Below are positions 53,343-64,000 of a DNA stretch of 64,000 nt, piece by piece. Both the position numbers and the translations under genes were made by a program. The DNA comes from Lingula anatina (lineage: Eukaryota > Animalia > Brachiopoda). Location of the stretch: the NCBI GenBank assembly GCA_051362555.1, contig CM120645.1, positions 1,860,001 to 1,924,000 of the forward strand, written 5' to 3'. Each line of letters opens with the position of its first letter. The first letter of the stretch is position 1. A model generated the notes under the pieces. That model was given only the letters and a program-made list of their open reading frames with translations, was not told where the DNA came from and searched no databases.

Positions 53343-56300
53343 ATCTCACTACAGAGTTAGAGGAACTATTATCACACGCCACTCATCAGTAATCTGCGGC
53401 CATCATCATAAATACTTAATAGTCAGCAACAGACGTCAGAAGCAACCAACCTTCCACTGAAATTTGGTAATGTTGATTGGCTGAGAAGTTAACGTATTAA
53501 CAGAGTATATGTAATAGGATCATCAGTAGAGCTCTATACCATCAGGAATCTTGGAACTGAAGAAGTCATTACTACAAGTAAAGCACTTATTCAATATCGT
53601 GAACAGTGGATTTTCTTATTTACTCCCAAGGTCTTGAATCAGTGAGTGCTAGTAGAATCATTTCTGTTCAGGAAAACGGGTATAAACTTGTAACCAGTGA
53701 CAGTGAAGACTTAAACTTTTGAACTCACAGATAATCACAGTACCAGATAACTATTAACCACATGTGTGATTGTTATCAATAAAGACTTGGTCACCAAGTT
53801 ATACAACCTGGATAAGTCAACATCTGAACGTGGAGAGAACGTTTGAATCAAAGCACTTTAAAATTTTAACTAACTGTCACAGGAGAGCATGTCAGCATAA
53901 AACAAGTGAGAAACAATTGAGAGCAGTGAGAAGTTTCACTTTTAACAAAAGCTCTTGAAGGTGTATAGTGTCATCCTTAGCTATTCTCTCATGATTGGAG
54001 CAGCAAAACTTATGATAACCTCACGATGCGATAAAAATTACCATCAGAAAAGTCAATGAACAATAAAGGCTCTGAATCAGATACAGTCTATTAGGAGCAA
54101 ATAAAACAATTCCGCACTTTATCCTCGTTGCCAACATGAGGGCTCTAAATTAAGGATAACTCTAGACATAGTGCAACACAGGTAGGCAAAACTTTCACAC
54201 TGAAGTCTAACCACCTGTGCAACTGGTAAATTTCCAGTAAGATATTATATAGAAACTTGTGTGGTCTCTCTCTGTCTCTAAAAGAGACCCAACAAAGTGG
54301 TTTTTGTGGAGGAAAAACAAATTCTTCGGTATTTTTCTCAGAAAGGATCACACCATCACGGTGACGTGACAAACCGCCATTTGATTCCTTTTCCCAGATC
54401 GGCTAATGGAGAGATTTAACTGAAAATTAGACAGGTTTAAAACTGGTACTTCTCCCATGGAGGATATAACACCAAAGATGGCCGTTAAAGTAGCCATTTT
54501 CAAAGATCCGTAACATTAAAAGCACAGAGCACAACCATTTGTCAACAAACAACATCCTTAAAAATGTCCCTGGAGATGCAACATGATGGCTTAAAACAAT
54601 AAAGCGTGACTTGCCGTCCAATGAAATGAGGTCTATTGATTCTTAAAAGCTCTGTAATCATCCAACAAGGAGAACATACTTGACAGCGCGTGACAAAATG
54701 TGTTCACTGGATACTTTCTTTTAAACTGATCATGACATTAAATTATAGCCTGGTAGTTCTGCAAGAAAAAAAAAATTGTGTTCCTAATTGTGGCAGTATT
54801 TTTTTTTCGATAAAAATCGAGATTTCTCCAGGATTCACTCAGAACTGATGACATAACGGACCTTTTCAATAAGGAACTCTACAGACAAGTTACTCAGAAA
54901 ATTCAATTCTAATCTCCAGTGCGTATGTATTACATCAGATATTGTCAGAACTAGATGTATTTATCAGACAGCAGATGCACTGTGTTCAAATAATATGCCA
55001 TGAATGGGCAGATTTGATTCACCTACACAAATAATCTAAAAATACAGCAGGAATCAAGAAAAAAACTGACAATTGCGTATAAATCAGGAGTCTGGGTGAG
55101 TGCTTTTTAGTTCTTGAGTCATAACATTATGACCTTCATGCCTCAAGAATTGAAATAGAGGAGAATTATGAAATAGCTTCTTAGAAACAGAAAGGAACCT
55201 ATTCATCTTTATGACATTTTTTTTCAAAATTCTAAAAAAAAAACAAGAATTAAGGATAAAGAAAAAAGACCTACGTTTTATCTGAGAGGAATGGATAAAG
55301 TTGCAGTGTCTGTCTCATCGTTAAATCCCTAACAAGAACTTAAGTATCAGAAGAAGAAGAAGAAATAAAAGCATAGAACCAATATCATTGCTACTGTTGA
55401 AATGAAGGAAATATTTGAGTTATAAACGAGAAAACCTTTACCTCAAGAAAAGGGTGAAATACAAAGCTTGAAGTTACTACCTTAAGACATTATAGTAAAT
55501 CAATACCATTTCGCTCCAACAGGAAGCACGCGACAAAATACACCAAAGTGTATAATTCCTTCTAAGATTTAATCCATTGCTAAAGGAAGTGTTCAGTTGG
55601 AAAAACAATTAAGATACCAAAGCAACATAACCTTTTGTAAAAAAGGGGGAATTCATCCTACATTTAGGACAACAATTACCATATCCAAACAGGCCAAAGG
55701 ATCAGCTTAGCTGGTAAAAATTACAGGAAATAATTAGCCATGATTCCTCAATGCAAGACCTGAAAAAGCAATAATGGTATTCTTTCTCCACAGTGTGTGA
55801 AGATGGAGGACTTGGAATCATATTGAAACTGTTGGCACTGTACATTCTTTAATGTGACATGTAAGATTCTGCAACACAGTTGCGTTATATAAAGACATTG
55901 CAGTAATCATTTGGGCGTGGAAAGAGTCACTCGGTGTTTTGATATGGCAAAATTTCAACAAATAATCTGAGATAAGCTTCTCAGGCAGCATATTCAATTG
56001 TAGAGAGATTAGTTAAGATTATTATAAGGCACCAAAATCAGTGAAAGTATTTTTGCTCCAATATTGAGCTTAAAAGACTAACTTCTTCTCCTGGACAAAG
56101 TTGGAACTGTCTGAATACAAAGGATCCTCCTTAGAAGGTATTGGACTACACAGGAAAAAGACTGTTTCTCTCAGGAAATTTAGAAGGATGTAGGGAAAAA
56201 AAAGAGAAAAAAAAAGACCCAACAGACGATCACACTGAAAATTATACAAATCACGATTTCTCAATTTGTGGAGAGGCGGCATACAGTAGTGACTTTGTCA

Positions 56301-56478
56301 TAACTCAGTTAATAAGGAACATCATCCCAAAATTGATTTAGTCACTGATAAAATGATGTGGATGCTGTATCTGTTGGCTTGTTGATAAGAACTGAACACT
56401 CCTACAGCAGGGAAATTCACTTAATTCTTGAAAAGAGACAAGTGTTTGGATTCAACAGAAGCCCAAAAAAAAAAAAAA

Positions 56479-57738
56479 ATGGCAAACTACGATACTATTG
56501 TGTACAGTGTTTCTAACAGCACTGAACTCATGTCAAACATCGCCTTATTGGTCAATGCCACTTTCTTCCCAGAAGGCACTGAAAATACATCGAATGATTG
56601 CATGGAAAATTCCACCCTTAAAAGATTCAGTGATGGATATGAACAAATCCATGGTTATCTTAGTATCCTCATCTGCTTCGTTGGCATAATATGTAACATT
56701 CTCAACGTGATTGTTTTAACCAGAAAAAACATGATTTCGCCAACTAACTACATTTTATCTGCGCTGGCCATTGCGGATCTGTTGACCATGGTGCCTTACC
56801 TTCCTTTGGCGTTCATGTACTGTCTGGAAGGCAGGGGGAATGTTCTGTCTATTGATGTACCTCGGTCTCTAAGTATCATCCTGATCAACCTAATGAACAA
56901 CGTGATCTCTATCACGATGCATTCTGTGGCCATGTGGCTTACGGTCGCCTTGGCGTTTTTCCGCTACATCATCGTCTGTCATGGCCGGACTCATGCGCCA
57001 AAGTTGTGCAGTTTATACCGTACAAAACTGACAATTGCCGCGATCTGTATTTTCACTTTATTATTTCTCATCCCAAATTTCTTGTGTCTGAAGGTCACAC
57101 CAAAACGCGGAAACCAAGGCCAACAACTGTATATGCTAGAAGCTGGTGCAATCTGTACAGACAACTTTCTAGTTAATTTGAAATTCTGGCTTTATGGAGT
57201 CGGGGTGAAGATTGCAACTTGCATCCTCTTGGTTATATTCAGTGGGCTCTTAATCAAGGCCATTCACAGCGCAAATCAACGCCGTAGGAAGTTGCTGTTC
57301 CAAGGCCGACGGGCAGAATCGGAATACACACATGAGCATAATCGCACGACGACCATGCTGGTCACTGTGGTGCTCCTATTTGTGGTGACAGAGCTCCCGC
57401 AAGGAATATTGCTCCTTATGATAGGCATATCGGAGAATAAGGCTCAGAGTGCCTGGTGTGTCTACTTTGATCTGGCTGACTTTTTGGATATGATTGTCCT
57501 TCTAAACAGCAGCATCAACTTCATGCTGTACTGTACAATGTCACAGCAGTTTAGAAACACCTTTAAAAGCCTCTTTATTAAAAAGATCACACATCGCCTA
57601 AACTCGATGTCAGTGCGCCATTCTGGGTCAGGACCGAGGCTGCGAAGTAACGGCCACCCATATGATGCCATTCCTAGTAACAATGGAAATGTTTCTTGCA
57701 TAACAAATGAGGAAAAGACCATGAATACCACACTTTGA
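56479..57738 (+). CDS. Class A 7TM neuropeptide GPCR, myosuppressin receptor/dmsr-1-like (SPR/FMRFaR cluster), 419 aa, intronless CDS
   Basis: Seven hydrophobic segments. TM1 GIICNILNVIVL, TM2 TNYILSALAIADLL, TM3 WLTVALAFFRY (DRY variant), TM6 RTTTMLVTVVLLFVVTELPQG (typical of DmsR/dmsr-1), TM7 NSSINFMLYC (NPxxY variant) and helix 8 MSQQFR. The N-terminus has four N-glycosylation sequons (NST, NAT, NTS, NST). The first ATG is at 56479, with an in-frame TAA upstream at 56422; the ORF track start at 56428 is a TTG. Confidence 0.95.
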   Translation: MANYDTIVYSVSNSTELMSNIALLVNATFFPEGTENTSNDCMENSTLKRFSDGYEQIHGYLSILICFVGIICNILNVIVLTRKNMISPTNYILSALAIADLLTMVPYLPLAFMYCLEGRGNVLSIDVPRSLSIILINLMNNVISITMHSVAMWLTVALAFFRYIIVCHGRTHAPKLCSLYRTKLTIAAICIFTLLFLIPNFLCLKVTPKRGNQGQQLYMLEAGAICTDNFLVNLKFWLYGVGVKIATCILLVIFSGLLIKAIHSANQRRRKLLFQGRRAESEYTHEHNRTTTMLVTVVLLFVVTELPQGILLLMIGISENKAQSAWCVYFDLADFLDMIVLLNSSINFMLYCTMSQQFRNTFKSLFIKKITHRLNSMSVRHSGSGPRLRSNGHPYDAIPSNNGNVSCITNEEKTMNTTL

Positions 57739-60299
57739 GCAATGTTGCATGCTATTCACATCCTAGAATAACATGTTAAACATGACATGCCTAAGGGTTT
57801 CAATTAGTTCTGAGATAATCACAGAGTCTACAAGTGACTAAAACACAGAGATACAGCAGTCGCCAGGGCTTTTGAAAATGGGGAAAAATCTCTGTGACTA
57901 ACAAGCATGTTTAAATAGATACATTCATCTCTGTAAAAAAAATTCTTGACAAAAGATAACATTGTTGATATCTACTCCATATCCCTGGCAGTGCCAAGTG
58001 TCTCAATGTTTGGGTAAAGGGCAAGTGCATCGAAACAGTTGCCAAGACAGTCTTTGGAAGAATGTAGAAAAAATGTCCATTGTATTGTGAATGAAGCGAA
58101 ATCACCAGAAAGCAATACCAACAGGAGCGAAATATATATCGATCTGCAGCTAAAGATGAAGTGAACGGTACCTTTCAGCCATCATGGTTGTGATTCGCCA
58201 CCCAGTGGTGCCCCCTGGCGGTGTGTAAAAACAGTGAGTTGTTCTCTCTTCACAAACAGTGTTACAAGAAAAAATCATAAAACAACTTGAAAGAGTGTCA
58301 CACTTGCTACTGAAATGACTTGGTATGAAAGGTACCAAAGTTAGTCATTAAGAGATGATTAAGTTAAAATTATGACAAAGGACTGAAATATTTTGTGAAA
58401 CCATGAGGTTACTTTATGTCTTATTTGTGAAGAATTGATCTAAAAACATTGCACAGAAATACATGTATATAAAAGAAAAAACTTTATGTGTGCAAAGTAT
58501 CATTAATATCAGTGGACAACGTTGGTCTTAAATGTGAACATATAATATAAATAACAGACATAATACAGATAAATATGTACTGGATGACCTGCAGAGAGGC
58601 AAACTTTAATTTCCCCCATTATCTCTTTTATTGTCAGGAAAGTGTGAGAATATTTATAGATGGTAAAACAGACCAAAAATGCCATTCAATGTTTAATTTA
58701 CTGTACTTTATTTAAAATAAAACAGGTTTTTAGACCTGGCCAGTAAAGTAGATTACAAACTGAAGAGCTCAAATTGTGATAGTTAAATACCAGTAATATA
58801 GCATGACACAAATAGTTTTATGTTATTTAAGAGATATTATCAAGGTTATTAGTAGTCTTTATCAAACAGATTTTGTAAAAAACCATCGTGATTGGAGACC
58901 AAATTTGCAAAATTTCTCCAATTTTCAGACATGCTGATATCCTCATACCGGAAATGCTGCATTTATTTATAATGACAAGCTACCAGTTGAAAATTTGCCA
59001 AATCCAACATCCACACATTTGATCAGTCTGCCAAATGTGACTTAATTCATCTGAAAGCTGATTAAAGTATATTTATGTAGATAATTATTTAAGTAATGTT
59101 GGGATCTGATATCCACGCTTTAATTTTCTATGTAACAGCAATGCATGGCATGTCACAAAATCTATATGACAAATGGAAAACATTTAACCATGTTGAAACA
59201 CCATTAGTAATCACAGAAAGTGCTAAATGGCCTTCGGAGCTTTAGAATGCAAGTTCCAAGCATACTGCAAATTACCAAACTGTTGTGCCAGTAAGAATTC
59301 TTTTATTCTCAGTTTTCTTGTTTGACTCTGAAACTGTCTGCCAATGTCATAAATTTTAACGGAACATAATGGATACCATGTTATGAAGATATTTCTTTGA
59401 AGGATAGGTGTTCATCGGATAAAAATATTGAACAACAAGTGGCCTGAAATTGCTCTCAAATAGTTTGGTAATTGGGATCATGTAGATGAAACCACAAAAT
59501 CCTTTAAAGTAATTTTCAGTGATTTTCCTCTGAAGGAAGATACTTTCTAATCACAAGTATCTTTGTGGTTCCTGACAATAACCAAACGACAAATGATAAT
59601 ATTGCTTTAAGAAGAAAGTCCTCACTTGCAAAAAGCACCAAATGAAAAGGGTTCACTGCAAAGAAATTCTTTAAGTTGCAAGATTTGAAAATTTGCTAAC
59701 ATTGGTTGCTGAAGAACTGCAGCAAGTTTTCAAATGGTCATTGAATAAATGAGGAAATCCAATGTAAATACAGCAAAGCTATGTTTGGAATAAACTTATT
59801 TTTACCGAGTTATATATAAATATATATCTATGTGATATGTAAAATGCATAATAATGGCGAATTAATTCTATAATCACACTCTGTATTCACCATTCACAAA
59901 ATTTATGACCGAGAATTGTAACATTACTTTTTTTATGAGATAATCCAATTCAGAGTCAATTGGCGTATTACAATAACATGATTATATGAGTAATACCAGT
60001 ATATACACAATGTCAAGAGCACTGTTCTATTTAATATGTCAGAGTAAGATGATGTAAAATAGCTCATTTTTTTCTTGCTGTTCATTTTTCCAAAGGAGCA
60101 GTTATTGTTAAAAAATATTTTCAAAAAGAGATTTTGAATTATCAGTTGCTATAGAGGGTTGTTAATGTCAGAAAAAATGTAAAGAAATTTCATTTTTTTG
60201 TCTTGCACTTAATGCTTAATATATTATTATACTGAATGTTATAAAGTTATTTTGCATTGAAATTGTTACGTATTCTTGCAAATGCTATTATGTTCATTC

Positions 60300-60335
60300 A
60301 ATAAATGTCTACAAGCAGTTGCTGTGTTTTCAGTA
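60300..60335 (+). terminator. Candidate polyadenylation signal of the GPCR mRNA
   Basis: AATAAA at 60300 after a U-rich stretch, followed ~15-25 nt later by the GU/U-rich GTTGCTGTGTTTT. Implies a ~2.6 kb 3' UTR. Other AATAAA hexamers occur upstream (e.g. ~58715, ~59745, ~59789). Confidence 0.45.
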
Positions 60336-61138
60336 TTACGGTATAAAATGCCATGATTCATTTACAACATATTGTGCTTTATACTGCTTTGCTTAATTTA
60401 TCACTTTCACTCTCCTTTTTAAAATTAGGTTTCACATTTGAAATGCACAGCAACATTTCTAAATGTCTCCATAAATAACCAAGTGGTCCTGAAAAGGGCA
60501 AACTTTTGTTGAGAATACAACATGAATTTCTTTCATTTCTAGACATTATAGCAAAGGTCTGTGTGAGATTCTGTGTTTACTTGCACCCCTTCTGCATGTA
60601 TTAATTCACAGCAACTTGTCAGTGCAGTCATTATATTATATGTCTCTTTGCCTTGCGTGTGTAATGGCAAATCTATTTAGCTAGATTTAATGAGACACGC
60701 TCTTCATGCCATATGTAAGCTTCATACATCAGAATAAACCCCAGGCTATTTGTCAGTAATCAAGGCAATCATTTCTGCTGTTGAAACTTGCTGTTAAAGC
60801 TGAGTTTGTTCTCTCTCCCTCTCTCTCTCTTTTTCTTTCTTATTTGCTAATGTGAATGTTATATCCTCGCAGTAATATATCCATCTACCTGTTAGAAGAA
60901 TTTCTCACAATTAACATCCAAATTATTTATATAATTAATTCAGCAACACAGTACATTATCAATGTATTGTTTAAAAAAATTCAACTTCCCCCATCCCACT
61001 ACCATTTCACTATTCATTAATTTATTTCTACCCACTGACTGACCTATCTGAATTTTTAAATTAACTCACCTTATCATTTCTTCTTCAATTTATCTAAAAT
61101 ATGTAATCATTTATCAATTAATTTTGTTCATACAGTTG

Positions 61139-61140
<2 letters not shown>

Positions 61141-61183
<43 letters not shown>
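61141..61183. repeat. (CT)n microsatellite
   Basis: Seen directly in sequence. Confidence 0.98.
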
Positions 61184-61190
<7 letters not shown>

Positions 61191-63645
61191 CTCTCATTAG
61201 AATGTATTCCCTAACCAAAGAGCTGATTTCTCCCTTAAAAGCAGTAGTAATGAAGTAAAAAATCAAATTAAGCCAAGTGCTCTCTCTTGCTAAGCTTGCA
61301 GTAAGTGCTACACTAGTATGGTACCCATGGGTGATTGCGTCAAATGTAATATAAAGACCCATTTAGATAACTATTGGGACAAATCATTTTTCAATAAGGT
61401 TCTGGTTCAACTTGTTACTTGTTCAGAAGTACAAAGGAAAAATGGCGTATTCTGTTTCATAATTAATCTTACAAAAAGGAAGATAAAATATTCAAACCAA
61501 TTGTTGAGGAAATAAATTGACATTTAAAAAATAATGGCATGTGTAAAAGATAAATGCAATTAATTTCGACGGACGCTTACAATGACATTGAACAGTTATT
61601 GTTAGAACAATAATATAAAAAAATAATAAGAATTTATTATGACAAAAATTGATTGATGCATTTCATACAATTTATAATTCGGCCTTTACAACCTTCAACC
61701 TGAAATTTTCTATTCTTCATGAACACAAAACAAGAGAAAGGCTCTCTGTAGGTGCCAAAAGTCACATTTAACTTGACATAGATATACATTTCTTTTTTTT
61801 TTTCAATTGTTCCTGTTCCCATAGCATCCCATCTTATCATACCATTCCATTATGAAGTCAAGGAGGCCTGCCTTTCACTTAATTACATAACGTGAAATAT
61901 GTGTTGTTTGACGTCTCTGGGCCAAATAAGGCGTTCTGCTGCACGAGTGATAAAAGCATGATAAGACTCAACTGACCAATCAGAACAGAGGCACTGAACA
62001 CAGCACTCACAAAAGTGCAAAGTTGCAAGTCTGTTCATTTTTACTTGACAGACCGAGTTTAGTACAAAAATACCAGTTATGACATTAGACAGAGAATTTT
62101 TAGCCAGTGTCAAAGAAGTACGGGTTATTCTGTACAAACAAATTGATTTTTTACCCGACTTCTAATTTAGTTAGCCAACAGCTTTTATGTTGAAGACTTC
62201 AAGTATACTTTGGGGAACCAAATATTATATCTGAGTTTGGAACTTCAAATAATGATGCTTGATGTAACAGAAATTTGCTGAGAGAGCCAGGAAAATGTAT
62301 AATTCAAAAATGTAATATTTTGTAACAATATCAAGAATGGGATTACTCGAACCTTCTTAAAAGATAATTATCTTCCATTTCACAGCTGTTGATAGAATTT
62401 GAACAAAATCTGAAGATATCAAGGTAAAAGGTAGAAGAAATTCAAACTATATCTGCCTCTCAGTTCTGCGACCTCAATGCTTGAATTCTATTAATTATAG
62501 CTACATGCCTCCTGGTTCAGACAAGAAAAATGCTCGACTGATATTAAAAGCAAGGAACAGATTATGGTCTAGTCATCAACTACAAGTTGGACTGATTTCC
62601 GGTCCAAATGAGTTTTGTCTGAACAAACGTCAACAACTGCTCCTTTCATCTAGATATACTGACAGGTGAGATAATAAGCTCAATCAACTTACAAATGATT
62701 GTGTATAAAGGACTGGGGTCTAGTTTTTGCCCTTAAAAATTGGCCGAAAATGATAAAATCATATCACTTGAAGGAAGTAAACAGATTTTCTTTTAAGACA
62801 TCTGTTTAAGTATGTCTTTTTATATACTGACATTTTAAAATGTTACAGGTAGTCTACAAGGGCAAAAAAAGAAAAGAATATCCTGAAAATTTAGAGCAAA
62901 ATATTATAATATATGCACTTTTTATAGTTTTAAAATTATGATCACCTTTTTGAGTGCAAAACCAAGCATAAAACACAGGCTTCTGGGATGCTTTGGGCAA
63001 TGGTAGACAATAATCATCCTTATCAAACAGACCATCAGAATTAATCAAGCTCAAATATGGTAGTAATTCCTGCCTTTTTTATCTAACCAGTTTCTGAAGT
63101 AAGAAAACGGTTGCAATACCAATCTGGAGTTAACCATCTGTGACATTGATTAAATCACTACAGAAAGTGATAGGAAAGGGGGTGCAACTGATACCACCTG
63201 ATGGTGAAAGTAATTCTGTAAATGATCTCTGGCTGACATTTGCATGTGCAATTAGGCACATACATCTGGTCTCTCCCCTTACCTACCGGCTCTTATTGCC
63301 AAATTTTCCATGCTGTTAAACAAATCTACACAAAGAGTCAGAAGAATTTCAAAGTCTATTTCCAGATTAATACTTTTCAGTATTTAATTAGATGTTTCCT
63401 TCCATTTTTAATGCTCTAAATTTGCCAATCTAACATATATTTCAGTAAAATATAAAAAAGCTTTTCTCCAAACTGGAACAGTTTCAAAACAGCAAACCAT
63501 GGAGCAATCCAACCTAATTCACTCGGTCTCTTCTTGACCTTGTGTGAACTGCATCAGAACTTATCTCACACCCCAATAAAAACAGCTTCTAAATCATCAC
63601 CATGAGACAAATTAATAACAATATGACGAATACTGTAATGTCCAG

Positions 63646-63778
63646 AGGTGGGGGGTGGGTGGTGGTGGGGGGGGGGGGGGGTACTGGGGTACCTTGGGGG
63701 GGGCGGGCATTGGGGTACCAGGGAGAGGACACTGGGATACCGGGGGCGGGGCGGGGAGGGGGGAGGACACTAGGGTAC
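63646..63778 (+). repeat. G-rich low-complexity tract with G-quadruplex potential
   Basis: Many G3+ runs, including a long poly-G, with repeated GGGTAC and GGAGGACACT motifs. Confidence 0.8.
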
Positions 63779-64000
63779 CTCTCCAAATGTGCTTTGAGAA
63801 AAAAATTGACCATGTTATATAGTTGTATACAGGAGGCAGATATTCAGAGGTTTCACAGAGTATTGGGTACTAAAGCCACTGGTAAATTAATCTGACCAAC
63901 ATGTGACAGATTCAATACATACACTGGTTTAGATTCAAGAGGAAAAAAAAGAAACTTTAAAGTAAGGCAGCCAACTCTAGATTTTTGTTCTCAAATCCAA

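Noticed and set aside
56428-56478. 17-aa N-terminal extension in the ORF track (MKRDK...KKKK)
   Set aside because: Begins at TTG, a prokaryote-style start call, and the poly-Lys is just the A-tract. The first ATG is at 56479.
57462-57731. Antisense and alternative-frame ORFs overlapping the GPCR (also 56498, 56934)
   Set aside because: Short shadow ORFs expected over a real CDS, with no motif support.
63602-63895. Gly-rich / Pro-rich ORFs on both strands
   Set aside because: Products of the G-rich low-complexity tract, with no splice or domain support.

Overview
AT-rich, CpG-poor animal genomic DNA; the repeat types and receptor family suggest a lophotrochozoan such as a mollusc (inference). 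There is one convincing protein-coding region: an intronless class A (rhodopsin-like) neuropeptide GPCR at 56479..57738 (+, 419 aa) of the myosuppressin-receptor/dmsr-1/sex-peptide-receptor/FMRFamide-receptor group. Sequence signals suggest a transcript model: a CCAAT x3 + TATA promoter near 50.1-50.25 kb, a short non-coding exon ending at 50466, an acceptor at 53342, a ~3.1 kb 5' UTR segment, and a poly(A) signal at 60300. The remaining ~50 kb is non-coding. It holds many microsatellites, a 63/71-bp minisatellite carrying TGATTGACAG + CCAAT motifs, several MITE families (including three CAG-ended families with unusual ~6-bp target duplications and a nested pair), Helentron/HINE-like elements including a 1.16-kb-period tandem array, and a palindrome with a degenerate hammerhead-ribozyme-like core. 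All other listed ORFs look spurious. I found no multi-gene novel system; the best leads are the mobile-element and regulatory observations. Repeat boundaries and identities were read by eye and are approximate.
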